Part shown: positions 26,417-40,914 of the stretch, in pieces
Layout: every line of letters begins with the position of its first letter
Numbering within the stretch: position 1 is the stretch's first letter
Origin: Vitrella brassicaformis CCMP3155
Taxonomy: Eukaryota > Protista > Chromerida
NCBI GenBank assembly: GCA_001179505.1
Contig: CDMY01000214.1
Coordinates: forward strand, 62,001-126,000
Reading direction: 5' to 3'
Length of the DNA: 64,000 nucleotides
Notes under the pieces: generated by a model
Told to the model about the DNA's origin: nothing
Databases searched by the model: none
The model's input: only the letters and a program-made list of their open reading frames with translations
Made by a program: the position numbers and the translations under genes

Positions 26417-28007
26417 ATGTCCCTTGACAGGAGCCTGGACCCCTCGCTGGCCCAGGGGGTGGCCGAGCAGCTCCACTTATCCTCCTTCCCCGACTCCCCC
26501 ATCGCCCAGGCCACCCCCCTTCACGATGCCATCACACCCGACGCACCACAGCTGGAGCTCCGCGACGCTGCTGGTGTTGGTATTGGTACTGGTGCTGGTG
26601 GGCGCTTCGAGCTGGTCGACCGGCCGCAGTACTTCGTCTTCCTGTTCGTCAACCCGACGTCGGGCGGCAGCAAGGCTGGCGAGATCACGCAGCTCGGGGT
26701 GGAGACCTTCCGCTTCCACGCGCCCTACGACATGATGGCTTACGTCTATGACATCACTTCGGGCGACCCGGGCAACAAGCCGGGGTTCAAGCGGCTCAAG
26801 ACGGTGGTGGACGGCGTGCCGGCCGACCAGATCGTGCGTGTGGTGGTGGCTGGTGGCGATGGGACGGTCATGTGGTGTCTGTCTGAGCTGGAGGAGCACG
26901 GCATCGACGTCATGCGCGTGGCTATCGGGGTGGTGCCGTATGGCACGGGCAACGACTTCGCGAGGGCGCTGGCGTGGTCGCGGATATCGAATTGCGCCCT
27001 GTTTGACGCGTCGTTTGCTCTGTTCAAGGCGCTGGTGCACACGTGGATCGAGTCGAGGGTGGTGCCCTATGACATTTGGGAGGTGGAGGTCTCCGTCCAG
27101 GACGACGGGTGAGGGTTAGTCAGTGAAGTGAGCCGGTCACGCTGGGCATCATGTCACGCCGTCGTTATTCAGGTGCTTCAAAAAGATCGATTCCAAGACG
27201 CGTCAGAAGAAGACCCTCACGCAGCGGGACGACGCGAGCCGGCCCGTTGTCTCGCAGAAGTTCCCCATGGCCAACTACTTCTCCACCGGCATCGAGTCGC
27301 GCATCGGCCTGGGCTTCGACAGGCACCGCGCACGCTCCCCCTTCGCTAACAAGGTCGTCTACTTCACCGAGGGCCTCAAGAAGGCCTTCAAGAAGACACC
27401 CAGGATCACAGATGTCATCAGCAACCTCAGCGAGGTCAGTGGCGAGAGCGGCCCCTCACAGGAGTCCCCTCTGGCCCGAAGCGAGCCGGCGTCCACCAGC
27501 AGCGAGCGGTCGGTCTTCTCCCTCTCCACCAGCAGCGGCGGCCCCAAGCTCGTCGGCAAGCCCGCCTCCCTCATCGCCATCAACATCCCCTCATTCGCGG
27601 GGGGGCTCGACATCTGGCGGTCCTCCAAGGGCCGCCCCGGCCTGCGACAGGCCGCATTCAATCAGGACGAGATCCTCAAGTCCCCCCAGGCAGTCGGCGA
27701 CGGCAAGATCGAGTGGATGACATTCGACAGCAGCGTGGCCATCGGTGCGGAGAAGGTGATATCCGGCCACGGGCGGCGGGTGTACCAGGGCTCAGGGCCG
27801 TTCAAGCTGACGTTCAAGGACAGGCTGCCCGGGGGGGAGGGGCGGTTCTACATGCAGGTGGACGGGGAGTTCTTCCAGCTGTGCAAGCCCAAGGAGGCTC
27901 TCTTGCGGCACCACAAGACCATCCAGGTGCTGATGGCTGACCAGAAGGTGCTGGCGCGGCGGATAAAGGAGGCCAAGCATGGCGTGCACCGGCGGACAGC
28001 TCCATAG
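26417..28007 (+). CDS. DGK: Diacylglycerol kinase (catalytic and accessory domains)
   Basis: VFLFVNPTSGG, VVVAGGDGTV, VVPYGTGNDFARAL, MANYFSTGIESRI, INIPSFAGG and MQVDGEFF motifs; one intron at about 27.11-27.17 kb. Confidence 0.92.
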
Positions 28008-28526
28008 CTCTAGCTTAGTGAGGGAGCAGGGACGGGGTGGGGGGAGGGAGGGAGGGAGGGTTTGTTTTTTCGTGGGTGCGGTGCTTGTTTTCCGTCTTTT
28101 TGGGTCAGTGACGGACAGGGCAGGTGTGGAGTGAGTGACTGAGTGGCTGAGTGTGCATTTTTGCGTGACTGGCCGGCTGAGTGTAGTGGGTTGAGTGTAC
28201 AGACACATACTTGCATCTGTGGTCGGCCAGTTAGCCAACAGAGAGAGAGAGGGAGAGAGCGCTTTGATGAAATGTCTGATCGTCTCTTCGATTGTCTGAT
28301 CGCCGGCCTGGGCTGCCTGCGTTTCTCATGTCTGCGTGACTCGTGTACCCTACTATCGTATCTCATGTCTATGTATGTATAGCCCGTTTTGCTGCCTTCA
28401 CGATCTGATCTATCTTGCTGACTGACTTGACTCCCTTTGGTATGGACCCTCGTCCATTTGACTCGACTCAACCAAACGTCGACCGATACAGAACACGACA
28501 AATGGAACTCTCACGGCCACAAAACA

Positions 28527-29752
28527 TCAGCTATCCTCTTTCTGCCCGAATTTCCTCCTCAGCGCCGCCTGTTCGTCGGCCGAGAAGCCCCTCGACTCGA
28601 GATATTGTCGCACACCGCCGCACTCGTTGTTGACATACTCGAGGGCGGTCTTCATGGCCTCCGGCGTGGCCAGTGCCCAAGATTCCGGCATGCCCATGTC
28701 AGCCATCTCACTGCATCCATGACACACAACACAAACATAACAAGAGGCTATGAATACGGTCTGTCCGGGGCTCATCTGGTGCTCACCTCTTCACGTTGTC
28801 GATGACCGGGCTGAGCCCCTTCTCTGACGCCGAGTAGTCGGCAAGGATGTCACTCTCCGACGCACCCATGATTGACAGCAGCAACATCGTGACAAGACCT
28901 GACGGCACACAGCAGTCATGTGTGTGTGCGACAAATGCACGACGGATGTTCTCCCACTCACCTGTCCTGTCCTTGCCGAAGGAGCAGTGCATGAGGAATG
29001 GCGGCTCCTCCCGCAGCAGCACCCCAAGGGCCTCAACCAACTTGTCACCAGCTGCATACGCCATGCACCAACCAAATCATCCATCCATCCATCCACCCAT
29101 CCATATCCATCAGCCGCCATTGACTCTCACCATGCTGCAGGAAGAGCACATAGGTCTCCCCGAGCGAGAGCGACGCCAGCGCCCATCTGGTGGCGTAGAA
29201 GGCGCTCAGCGTGCTGCCCGTCAGCGAGTCATACAGCTTCAGGAAGGCGAGGGCCAGCTGTGTGGGGCAGCCGGCCATCCGGATCACCCGCCGTCGAAAG
29301 CCCTTAGACCTGCGCCAACCGACATCCATCCATCCATCGGTGAATTCGCTCACTGCCCCACTCACCCACCCTGCAATGTTGGCCTTGATGGCTTTGCGAG
29401 CAGACTTGTTATTGCCGTCACCGCCAGAGCCCCCCTTTGGCTTGAAGTTCTGCGGCACAAAGATGCCGTACACGCCCTCGGCCGCTATCCTGTCTTGATC
29501 CGATGAGGGATCCGAATGGCCACGGAGGTCCAGGATGGTGCGGATCTGCAGCTCGCCAACGAGCTTCTCGCACACTGCAGCCGTGCTGGACGCCAGGGGC
29601 CGCGCTGAGCGGTACACCACACCTGACAAGCGACACAGATGCATTCATCCACTCACCAGAATGAGCAGATCTGTGCATTTTGTGTCACCTTCTGTCATGC
29701 AGGCGGAAGGGCACGCCAATGAAACGTCTCGGAGGTTGTGCAGTGACGCCAT
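28527..29752 (-). CDS. Protein tyrosine/serine phosphatase, IphP/Y_phosphatase3 family
   Basis: MASLHNLRDV...GVVYRSA...IRTILDLR; active-site loop PFLMHCSFGKDRTG; ILADYSAS; C-terminal GGVRQYLESRGFSADEQAALR. Confidence 0.88.
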
Positions 29753-31343
29753 TTTTTCTCTTTGCGCCACTGCGAGCTCACCGACGGATCGGCGATCCAC
29801 TTGCTTTCGGCGTTCTCCCCTCTTTTGTCATTTCCGCCATGAATGTGCAAGCCGCTCGACTCGCTATGTCGTTTGCTGTTGTCAGCTGCTGTTTGCAATG
29901 AGTTGTTTCTGCTGCGGGACCGATTGTTTGTTCGCTACTTTGTATGGCTTCCTGTGTCCGTCCGTTTGCATGCCACTATCAGTTGTGTGGATGTCCATAA
30001 ATCACTTCAAGGCCATGGCCATTCTGTTTTGTGTGCAACAGATGTGCTGCCCACATTGGAAAAACACCACCCACCAGCCACCCACCCACCCACCAGCAAC
30101 ACCCACACCCGCCCACCCATCCATTCATCAGCAAGACCAACAGACAAGTGGAGCAATCGCAAGGCAGCGAAAGCACACAGACAGACAGACAGACAGACAG
30201 AGAGACAGACGAGCGGACACACAGAGAGAGAGAGACAGCGAGCGAGCAAGATTCACCCTGGCTTATTGCTGATCGCTTGTTTGCCCATGTTGGTATGCAC
30301 ATAAACGACTGACTTGTCTGTTATCAGCAGCAACACATCTCAGCACTTTACAATCGGCACATCTCTTGCGATGCGCTTATCCCCAAAACCACCCATTCCC
30401 CCCCCTCCGCCGCACCCCTCCGCCGCACCCCTCCGCCCCCACATGAGCTCTTCCCCCCGTCTGCACAAGCCGTGATTCGCATATCCACTTCCGCCTTAGA
30501 TCAACACACCACACGTGCCACACACCGGACCGACGGGCATATGAATTGGCCCCTTTGCGGCGTGCGGGCGTAGACGTCATATCTGTACATCAACAAGCTC
30601 ACATAGTTCTCACTGCGGCCAGAGATCGATACAAGCGGTGAGAGAGGTGGAGAAGGAGAAAGAGAAAGAAAAATCTATGGCAAGAATCTCAGCAAGTGAC
30701 TTGAAGCTCACGCATTCACGTCCATATGCAGCGCAGCAGGCAGACGCCAATTAGTTGTACGCAAGACAGCGAAAGCATACAGACAGCAACAGAGAGAGCG
30801 AGAGAGAGGCAAGACATTTCCCTGGATTCTGATTGTTCATTCGCTGTTCCCCTTCCCCTGCACACACTGATTGTTCGTTCGTTGTGTCGGTATGCAACCC
30901 CAGCACCCGACCCAGCTACACGCAAGAGACAAGAGAAAGAACAGTAGAGGTTTGATTGTTTCTTCGTCATGTCGGCGTGCACATCAACGAACGACTGACT
31001 GACTTGTCTGCTCCCAGCAGTATCACCCTAGGTACGCAAGGCACGGCGAAAGATGAGGAATGATCGGGCTATGTGCATATGCGGCCCTCTGTTGTCACAT
31101 AAACCGACCATGCAGCAAGTGAAACACGTCCACACATGCACCAGTACCAGCGTCAGACAGTGATACACAGACACGGAGAGCACACGGGCAGACGGCAAGA
31201 GTGAGAAAGATATGGAGAAAGAAAAACAATCTCACCTCTTGTTCGCAGCCCCAAAAGGAACCCATACACACCCCCAGCACTCACTCGCTCACCACAGGCC
31301 TTGTTGATTCATTCATGCCGTGAACACACACACACACACAACA

Positions 31344-31378
<35 letters not shown>

Positions 31379-31443
31379 TATAAAAGAGAGCCACGCATCA
31401 CAACCCCCCCTCCCCCCAGCCCTCCCTCACATCTGTCAACCCA

Positions 31444-33961
31444 TCACTTGTCGGTCCCGTCTCCCGATTTGCCCTGCTGCTCCTGCCCGTCATCACCTGC
31501 AGCCACGGCGCTCTGCTTGCCACCTGTGGACTTGCGGCCCCCTCGTCCCACAGCATCAGAGAAATCGCAAGCCGGAAGATCATCTCGGTCGCTGCATTGC
31601 ATCTCGGGATAGCCAAGGGCCCCCGGGCAGACAGGGAGGAGAGAACCACCCGCGGCGCTAGCCTCGTTGGTGCAGCACAGCGCGCAGGGTTGTCTGGAAT
31701 CCATCGGGGGTGGCTCAATGATCTGCTGCACTCCCACACCAAAAGTGTTAATGCCACTTCTGCACATCGATCCAAGGCAGGGCAGATTCTCCGCCTTGCC
31801 GCAGCAGAATTCTGGGCACTCGGGCAAGGAGCCTGTTGGTGTTGTCGTCTTTTCGTCATTGCTGCAGCAGGACGGGAAGTCGCCGAGAGCAGGATCATCG
31901 CTGCATGACCCATCGTTGACGTTCCCCGGGCACACGGGCAGTCGATTCGCCGGGTCCGATTCGGCGGTCTCTCGGTTGGTGCAGCACGACGGGCAAAAAA
32001 ATATTAGAAGAAGAGGCACCCGAGCCCCCTCCGAATTGCTTCGGCTGGACAAGCAACCCAGCAAATCCGGGTTCAGCAACAGGAACGGGAAGACAAAAGG
32101 GTCCGGGGCATGGATCTTGGCCTGGTCAACCGCAGCAGAAGTCGGGCTCGTCACACACCACTCTGACCGGGCACTCCTTGGTGCTCGTCCTCTCAGTGCC
32201 GTCAAACTCGTCCTCGACGGTAACCGTGGCCTTCACCTTAGCCGTGCCAACCGTGCCAGAATCGACGTCTTCACCTGCAAGATGCACACATCCTAGACAA
32301 ACCCCATTCATTCTGTGTGTTCAATGAGCTGACTGCATTGCTTGGCTCTGATGACATTTCCAGTGCGCTTCACTTTGATGCCCGGGTCTGCTACAATGGA
32401 CTGGAATACACACGGACACAGGGACAGACAGCCACGATGCAGAGACGCAAAGGGGACGCATGTGATGCGTGAGTCGACCTTGACTTCGAAATTGACAGTA
32501 GTAAGCTCTCGAAGTGCGTTCACGTCATCTTCGTCCTCTGAACGCAACCCTCTGTACGTCGCCCGGAAGAGACTCTCGACCTCTGATGTCAAGAGCCTAA
32601 TCTTGTTGGGTCCGCCACCTGTGGCGAAGAGTGCTGGAGGCACGAACTCGTTAAAGCATCTGCAGGCAGTGACAGCAGGGACACGTGTACGCAGCTTGCC
32701 TGCCTGCCTGCCTGCCTGCCTGCGTCTGTGAGTGCGTCTGTGCGTGCGCGCGTGTGTGCTCACTCGAGTTCTGGATCCTGTTTGAAGCACTGGATCTTGA
32801 TGGGGCATGTGGTTGGCCTGCTTTTCACCCCGTCGTTCCTCTTGACCACAATCGTGATGGGCACACGGATCCGCCGCGCACCAATGAGCTCATCGACGCC
32901 ATCATCACTGAGGATACGCGGAGTAATGCAATTGTCTAATCCTGTTGTTGTGTTGCAGCCAGACAGAAGACAGGCAGGCCAATTGATTTGTGTGTCTGTG
33001 TGTCCATCCATCCATCCATCCATCCATCCACGAAAACGTACGTTCGCATGCGATTTGCAGCTCGAAGCCATCTCCTGATATGTCGGTTGATATTTTGATG
33101 CCCTCAGCGTTGTTGCCTCGATCGGTCACCAAGAAGCGGAAATCCTCGGGGATGCCGACGTTGACGATCCTGAATTTGTCTGCATCGACGTGATGAGATC
33201 AGAGCTGGGCACAAAGCCCTGCAGGACAAACAGCGGGTACACGAGTGAGAAGGTGCGAAGGTCGTGAAGGTACCACTTCAGCAAATGCGGCGAGGAGGGG
33301 TGGTGGGTCCTTACACCTGACAGTTGACAGACAGACAACACAGGCACTCAGCGATGATTTCGCTCTCATCTCTGTCTGTCTGTCTGCCTGCCTGCTGGCC
33401 TGCTTACGTGATGATGTCAGGCCTATCCTCACAGACGCCTTCATCCTCGTCTAAGACTTCACCTCTATCCCCACTTTCGTCTCCTCCCTTGTTACAGAAA
33501 CCCGAGCAGCAGTTGGCACCATCCGTACACTTTCCGTCAGCTTCCACACACGCAGCACACTTGCCCATGTCCTTCGACTCGTCTCCGGTCTCATCTGCCT
33601 CGCTATCCTCGTCAAAATGACATATTTTGACGCAGCACTCGTCATCGGTACTGCAGGGCCTGCCGCACTCCTTGCAGTTGCGGCGGCCGAGAGCGCCGTT
33701 GTGCTCTGCCGTTGCCGTGTCATTCAGCGGAGGCTGCTGCTTGGATGCCTGCTGCTTGGTGGCGGCGGCTTGCTTCACTTTTGGCCTTCGTGTGTCGTCC
33801 TGGAGCGAACGGGTGAGGGCCGCATGGGGGGAGCCCGCACGCAGCAGCGCTAAGAGAGAGACAGAGAGGGACGCACACACAGTGACCACAGCGGTCTCAC
33901 TGTGTGAGAGCTCACCAGGCGAGATGATGAGCAGCAGGACCGGGAAAACTGACTCACGCAT
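31444..33961 (-). CDS. Secreted cysteine-rich protein with knottin-like motifs
   Basis: Hydrophobic signal MRESVFPVLLLIISP. Motifs CGRPCSTDDECCVKIC and CVEADGKCTDGANCCSGFC. C-terminal repeats CC-x-N...LPVCPG...CSD. Exons join in frame. Confidence 0.65.
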
Positions 33962-34226
33962 TGTGCGTTGCTTCGGGGAAGGCCGCGAGGGGGAGGGGGA
34001 GGGGGAGAAAAAGAAGGAAGCCAAAAAGCACACAAGGGCCCTGCCGTATAATTCTGCAGCCGTTAGCCGTTTGAAGCGCTAGCTGTGCGTAGATCAACAA
34101 AAGTTGTCTGTCCTTGAGATCCGTCGTCAATTTGCATACGACACAAAAACCATTCACACACGAGGACTGGGCAAATTCATGTTTCCATCCATGTATCCAT
34201 GTGTCCACGTAGATGTGTCTGTCTGT

Positions 34227-37200
34227 CTATTTGTTCCTGGTGAGAGTCCTCTGCTTCTCGGCAGCCACAACCACCTTCTCGCCAGTCGCCAGCCCCTGCA
34301 CACAGACACGCGCACAACACGTCAACGTGGGCTCGTCCGTCTGTCTGCCTGGGTGGCTGTCGTACCTTTCTCTTTCGTATGGTGGTGACAATTCGCCTGG
34401 CCGTGTTGGGGGGCGGACCCTGCTCGCCGAACTCCTCCAACTCCTACACACACACACACACACACACACACATATCCCCGCACACAATCGATGGACGCCA
34501 TCCACACACACATGGTATGCATACCTCTTCGGTCATGGACGCCTCCGGGAATGGGTCCTCGTCGAGCACCTCCCAGTGCGAGAACTGCAGGTGCAGCGAC
34601 ACGTCGCCGCTCGCCCTGGATCGCAGATCCTGCGCCACGCCAAACGCCTCCGTCACGGGGATCAACGCCTGCACTCAGCCAGCCAGAGGCACACACATTG
34701 TGTCTTCGCGTGTGTGGATGGGGGGCGGGTGGATGCTTAGTTGGCTTACCTCAACGACAAAAGTGGATGTGCCCTCTCTGAGGTTTTCTGCCACCACCCT
34801 GGCCCGTCTTTTGGCCAGCACACCGTATGCCTTGCCCAACACATCCTGCTCGCACTGCATCTCTGATACACACACGTGATAGAGGCATGATGGCAGGCAG
34901 GCAGGCGTTGATATCTTTCCCTTACCGAGCCTCAGTGCCGCCTCGCAGATGCGTGTGCGTCCTCTTTGCAGCAGGCTCTCCCTGCAGCCCTCCTTTGTCG
35001 CCGACATGACCTGACACACAGCCCCACGACACACACCCACTTGCACGTACCCATCGATGCATGTGCCGTTTCCATCACTCACCTGCCCAGAGAACGGCCC
35101 ATAAGGGTCAGATGCGATCGGTCCCGACGCCTCGGTCGAGGACTCACCATCCCCACCGCCACCATGCTGCCCTCCCTGCTGCTGCTGGTCATCTGACACC
35201 TGCTTCTCCACCTCTTTCAGCCGGACGTCCTGCACCACAAAGCCCACGCCCCTCACGGCCTCCTCGCATATCGGCCCCGCATAGCTCGCCAGCTCGAAAC
35301 CAGACACAACGGACGGCAGGATGGTGGACAGATCGGCGTCTCTCTCTGCTGGCTGCTGTGTGTCCGCTCTTCCGTAGGAATGCCGCAGAGACCAGGCTGC
35401 CGTGTTGGTGCCGAGGAGGAGGTTTCTGCTGCCGCGGTTGACGCAGATGCCCCACAGGCGGCCTTTGGGAGGCTCCTTTATCCCTGTCTGGGTCCACGTG
35501 TGGTGTATCTCTTGGCCGATGGTGTCAAGACACCTGTTGAGGTCATCCGCGTCACTGCTCGTTGGCGGTGGTGATGATGTTGATGTGTCGGCAGCAGGGA
35601 GGAATCGGAGGGCGGGACGGCGGCCGTGGATCACCGCCTGAGAAAGAGAGAGAAAGAGGGAATGCTGCGTCAAGGGCGACACAACTGTGTGCGCGTGGGT
35701 AGGGTGCTTACGGAAATGTCTCCTTCGTTGTCGTCAAGCCACTTGACCACTGCACAATCACAGCCCCCACCCCGAAACACAATGATTGCACTTCATGTGG
35801 GGGGCATGTACTGTGCCCACCTTCAGGCGGCAGTGGTTCGGCGCGCAGGGTGATGACCGCCCGCCTGTTGGCCGTCTCCACACGCACAGACCCTATAGCG
35901 ACACGACACACACAACACCACACCCGTTCACCCACACCCACGCACAAACCCCCGCCAGCTCACCTTTGCCGATCTCTACAGCAGCAGCAGCAGGAGGGGC
36001 CTTCTTGCCCTCGCCATCCTCCTCTCCCTTGTCCTTGTCTTTTTCCTTCTCTTTCTCCTTGTCTCGGTCCGTTGCCCACGGTGGGAAGTTGACACTCTTG
36101 GCCAGCGCCTCGCTGAGGGATGTGTCGCCCTGCTGTGTGGGCGGCACTGACGTGATGGACTCGCGGATGGCCACAAGCGGGGGGGAAACTGCCACACACA
36201 AAGGGGAGGTGGGAGAGGGCGTGTGTGTGGGATAGGTTTGTGTATACCGTTGAGGGGCACTCGAGCGTACAGGTTGCTGAGGTCGTTGATGCACCGCTCC
36301 AAATGGACCTCCCCGCAGCAGCCGATGACGTACTCGCCAGTGTCCAGGACACTCAGCTGCATATTCACAACCCACCATCACATGTTTGTTGGGTGATGTC
36401 ACGCTTATGCGCACCTCTACAGATGGGTCGGCTCTCTGCAGCAGCCGCAAGCCCCTCGCCACGGCATCGAAGTCCTGCAGATGCTTCGGCTCGACGCTCA
36501 CACGCACTATTGCCGCATTGCTCTGCACGCGCACACACACATCCATCCATCCATCCGTGTGTATGTGAAAAGGTGTGTGTGTTTGCCTGCCTTGCTGTAA
36601 GGGTTGTCGAATGGGGGGCAGTCGTCTGTGGTGCTGAGGGTGATGCACCGGTCGACTGACGTGAGGGAGAGGGTCCACTCGTGCTCATGATTGTCTCCGT
36701 CTGGTGCTGTTGACGCGTCAGCCAAAGAAAGGGCACAGATGCTGCCCGCAGGCACCTGCAAGGGATGGATGCACACAGGAATGCATTTGTGTTAATACCT
36801 TTGTGTGGTCGGTGTGACCTCGTTGATTTCAGAAAGGTAGCGGCCCATGAGCAGATACAGACCCAGCACCTACACATGTCCCCACATCCATCCATCCATC
36901 TATTCATAGTGAGATCCATCCATTCATCCATGAGGTGTGCAGGCCACATGCGTACCCTGACGATCCTGGTCCTCTGCTGGTCGGTGTCCGCACCATCCAC
37001 AGCACCATCATTCACACCACCACACACACGAAGATCCATGCCTTTCCTGCACACACCCATACACACACATACGGATGGATGTGCTGACGTGTGTGTATGT
37101 GTGTGTGTGAGGTCATAACACGGACCTGAGCGTCCCGGCGAACACCCTGGCGAACCCCACAAAGTCCCCCACCTTCTCTATGCCCATCAGCTTGTCGCCC

Positions 37201-39317
37201 GTCAGCGTCAGCTGATCCAAATCAGCACCTATACACACACTCACACAGCCACAACTATACACACACGTGTCCATATGCACACCTGCAGCACTCACCGAGG
37301 AATTTGGCCACATAGGCGACGCACTCGCCTTGCGCCGAGCTGCTCATGAGTGTCTGTGCGAGACCACCATGGCTATCGTGCCGCAGTGAGGGGCAGAGGT
37401 AGGCCATCCGCAGGGAGGCCGCCTGGGTGGGGGAGGGCAGCAACGCCGAGACGAGAGAGAGGATGCCTTGGGAGAGGGGCAGCCACGCCGAAATGATCGC
37501 CTGCATACAAAAGACAAGAGAGGAAAAGAATGCAGCAGAATGACTGACAGACAGAGAGGGTGGTAGGAGGGGGGGTACCTGTGCAGCGTCAGGGCCTTGC
37601 TTAAGAGCGTCCGTTTTGACGGTGTCGGTGAGTTTGAGTGAGGTGACCATTTTCTGCACCGCCGAGGGGTCGAAGTGGTCCACTGTCACCTCATACACCT
37701 AAACACACCACACGCATTTCCATTGAACGCACGTGCCTCTCCGCACACAGACGTACCTTCCAAAGCGACTCTAGGATGAACTGCACGCACATCGGCCGCA
37801 GTTTGCCCTACACCAACACACACACGCCACACGAGTGATCACCAAAACACACAAACATTCCCCCCTCCCGCCCTACCCACTCACCTGTGCGCGTTTGAGC
37901 ACTTGTTTGGTCTTGGGATTGAAGAAATAGTCCCCCCACAATGCCCGCTGCAGCTTGGGGACAGCAGTGGGCTTCACCCCCAGCTTCGGCGCCAGCTGTC
38001 TGGCGAAGGTGGCTATGTCGAAGCACCAGCCGTGCAGTGCGGATGCGAAGACGACGTTGCCGCGGACGGGGGAGAACTCGATGGACTCCTCTAAATCGTC
38101 GTCAAACACCAAATCCTGAGAGGAATATGGAAGATACACTCAGGGTGTAATGCATTTTGGGTGTGCTGTGTACCAGGCCGGCCGAGTCGGCTTCGCTGCT
38201 GCTGCCGTCTGACGTGACGCTGGCTGTGTCATCTGCTGCTGATGCTGTGGCTGTGCTGCCTTTGGTACGCTGGGCGGCCGCGGCCATGACCTCCTCTGTC
38301 AAAAGCTGCTGCTGAAGGGCGTTCACCTTCACACGAACACAGAGAGGGGTAGGGATGGGGCCCTGTGTGTGCTATGAGCGCACTTGTACCTGTTCGATGA
38401 TTTTGCACAGGTGTGTATATGCCTCTGAGGGCGACAGACGGAGATCCAATATCAGACGGTCCATCCTATGACGTGTGACACAGAGGGGCGAAGGGATGGA
38501 CATCTGTACACATAACTTCGTATCCTGAGTGCCCACTTGTTGATGACGAGAGTCGTCTTGACGCGCTCCTTCCTGCACACACAGACACACACACAGTCAG
38601 CCGATCCATCTGTAGTCATGCTCTCAGGTTGTCGCCTCACCATGCCTGTCGGATGACAGCTCGTGTCTGCGGCCCTACCTGACACAAACACGCAGACAAA
38701 CAGCCTGTCCCGCCAGCTGCATCCACTCTCGCTGTGTGTGTTTGTGTCCTTGTGAGTCACCCCTTCGACAGCGTCCACCAGCACCAGTGCCCCATCACAC
38801 AGCCGCACAGCCGTCGACACCTCAGAAGAAAAATCCACGTGGCCCGGCGAGTCGATCAGGTTGATCAGATACGGCACGCCACTTGAGGGATGCTGTTCAC
38901 GACAGACAAGAACACAGAGGGCAAGATGCCTTCGCCCTCCGTATGTGTGTGTGCGTGTGTGTGTGTCTGTGCATGGTGTGTGGCTGACTGACTGACTGAC
39001 CTTCCAGTAGAGTGAGATGTTTGACGACTTCATGGTGATGAATCGCCGTTGCTCGTCCTCCCTGCTGTCGAGGTAGCGCACCTTGCCCGCACTTCTGGCG
39101 CTGATCAACCCATTCGACGATATCAGAGAGTCTGACAGCGTCGTCTTGCCTGCAGGCAGACAGTCAGAGATGGATGTGCTTGTCTGTGCGTGTCTGTGCG
39201 TGTCTGTGCGTGTGTGTGTGTGTTTGTGTTACCGTGGTCGACGTGCGCGAGTATGCATATGTTGCGTACGTTGGCGACGTTCTGCTGCAGCTGACCCAGC
39301 AGCTCTACCGACGCCAT
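34227..39317 (-). CDS. EFL1: Elongation factor-like GTPase 1 (60S maturation, Ria1/EFL1)
   Basis: [91 protein letters not shown], and the EFL1-type end [16 protein letters not shown]. Confidence 0.93.
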
Positions 39318-40914
39318 CTCTATTTCCGACGGTTGCTTGTGCCTATGCGCTGCAAAACAAACAAACAGCACACAGCGACGAAGCAACAAACAATCATTCT
39401 ATCGTTCTCTCTCCGTCTGACTGGCGTACTCACCGTGGTTCACACGAGCGGAAGATCACCCTCTCTGCAGCTAAGCTCGCAGGCGATCGCCTTGACAAAG
39501 GGAAAGAAGCTGCCCCTTCGTTCGCAGATTCCGCCGACGCCAGCGGCCCTTCGCCGGTACCTATACTGTTTGACGACAATTGATGGGAATGAGTGAGGCT
39601 TCGAAGAGTGTGTGGGTGGACGGCAAGTGCATCAAGTCGGTAAAGGAGTACGCGGGCCTCCTGTCCGCGTCCGAGAAGCCAGCAGCGTGCGAGAACGGCG
39701 GCAGATGGACGAAGTGGTGGGACCTCGATCGACGTGACCTGGACGGTGTTATCGTCAGTTCGATGAGGTCCCTTCGGATGCCAAGCTCACGCTCCGATAC
39801 CCCACTCGTAAGGAAGGGAGAGAGAGAAGCAGAGTCTGGCTTGCAGGGAGGAAAGAGGGACGCTTCTTGTGTGTCATCCTTCCATCAGGGATGATCAGGG
39901 GTACACTGTTCGAACAGGACCGCCCAGGTACGGCGGCTTTCCTGTATAGCGTTTCTACTGGGATTTTCTGGCCGGGCTGGGAATGCTGTTCGCCGGCATA
40001 GGCCACCTTGCGTCAACGCTGTCACCGCAACGGCCCCATTCACCTGTGAATGAATAGGTAGCCGTTCATCAACAAACAGCCCGTTCATCAACAAACAGCG
40101 GGGAAGAAGCGATGACGAGCCTGCCGCCTCGCAGACGAAGGAATGGAGCCGCTCTGCCATTTCCAGCTCTCGCTGATGCCGGCATCCCTCCGTCGGGGGC
40201 CCTCTCTGATTCACCACGTTTGCGAGTACAGATGTGTGGATGACGGGATGACATGTGGAGCGGGTTTGTTCATCCATTCTTGGCCTTGCATTCGTCCTGC
40301 CTGGCGGGATGAATGTCATCCAATCAATGGGGTTTGTGCCGATTGTAGCTTGAGTAGATGTGAATAGAGTAGGGGCTGTGTTGTACATACATACAGACCC
40401 ACGTATCGCTTGAGGGTGTGGTGTATGGCTGTGAGTGGACCGACATGTGGATCGATCCACATTTATCCATTCAGCCAACACAGACGTACATTTTCATATT
40501 CCCTCATTGTCTATCTGTCTCTCTGTCACTCGTTGCGGCCACCTGACCCATGCACTTCACTTCCACTCAGACACACATACGCGCACACACACGAGGAGAG
40601 ATGAGAAGGGGAGAGAGAGAGAGAGAGGGGGGGGACCTCATCCGCTGTCGAAGTCGACATGCAGTGAAGATAAGAAGTTGGTTCTATGAGATAACTGGCG
40701 CACTTGAGCATACCTGTGGCTGTGCCACAACAAAGGAAACGGCACGCATCCAAAAGCCCCTAGATCCGGTGACACCGAAGCCGTCATCAGCACTGTAGAG
40801 TACTCGACCTCTGAATGAATGAATGCCACATTGAAAAGTGCTGTTGCACTGCGTTGAAGAGAGACACACACGCTTATATGTCTATAGTTGAGTCGAGAAT
40901 TTAGTGTTGGCTAA

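Noticed and set aside
39590-39780. Possible topoisomerase II-like fragment (SVWVDGKCIKSVKEYAGLL...GRWT)
   Set aside because: Only a vague resemblance over about 35 residues with no supporting motifs; it needs a homology search.
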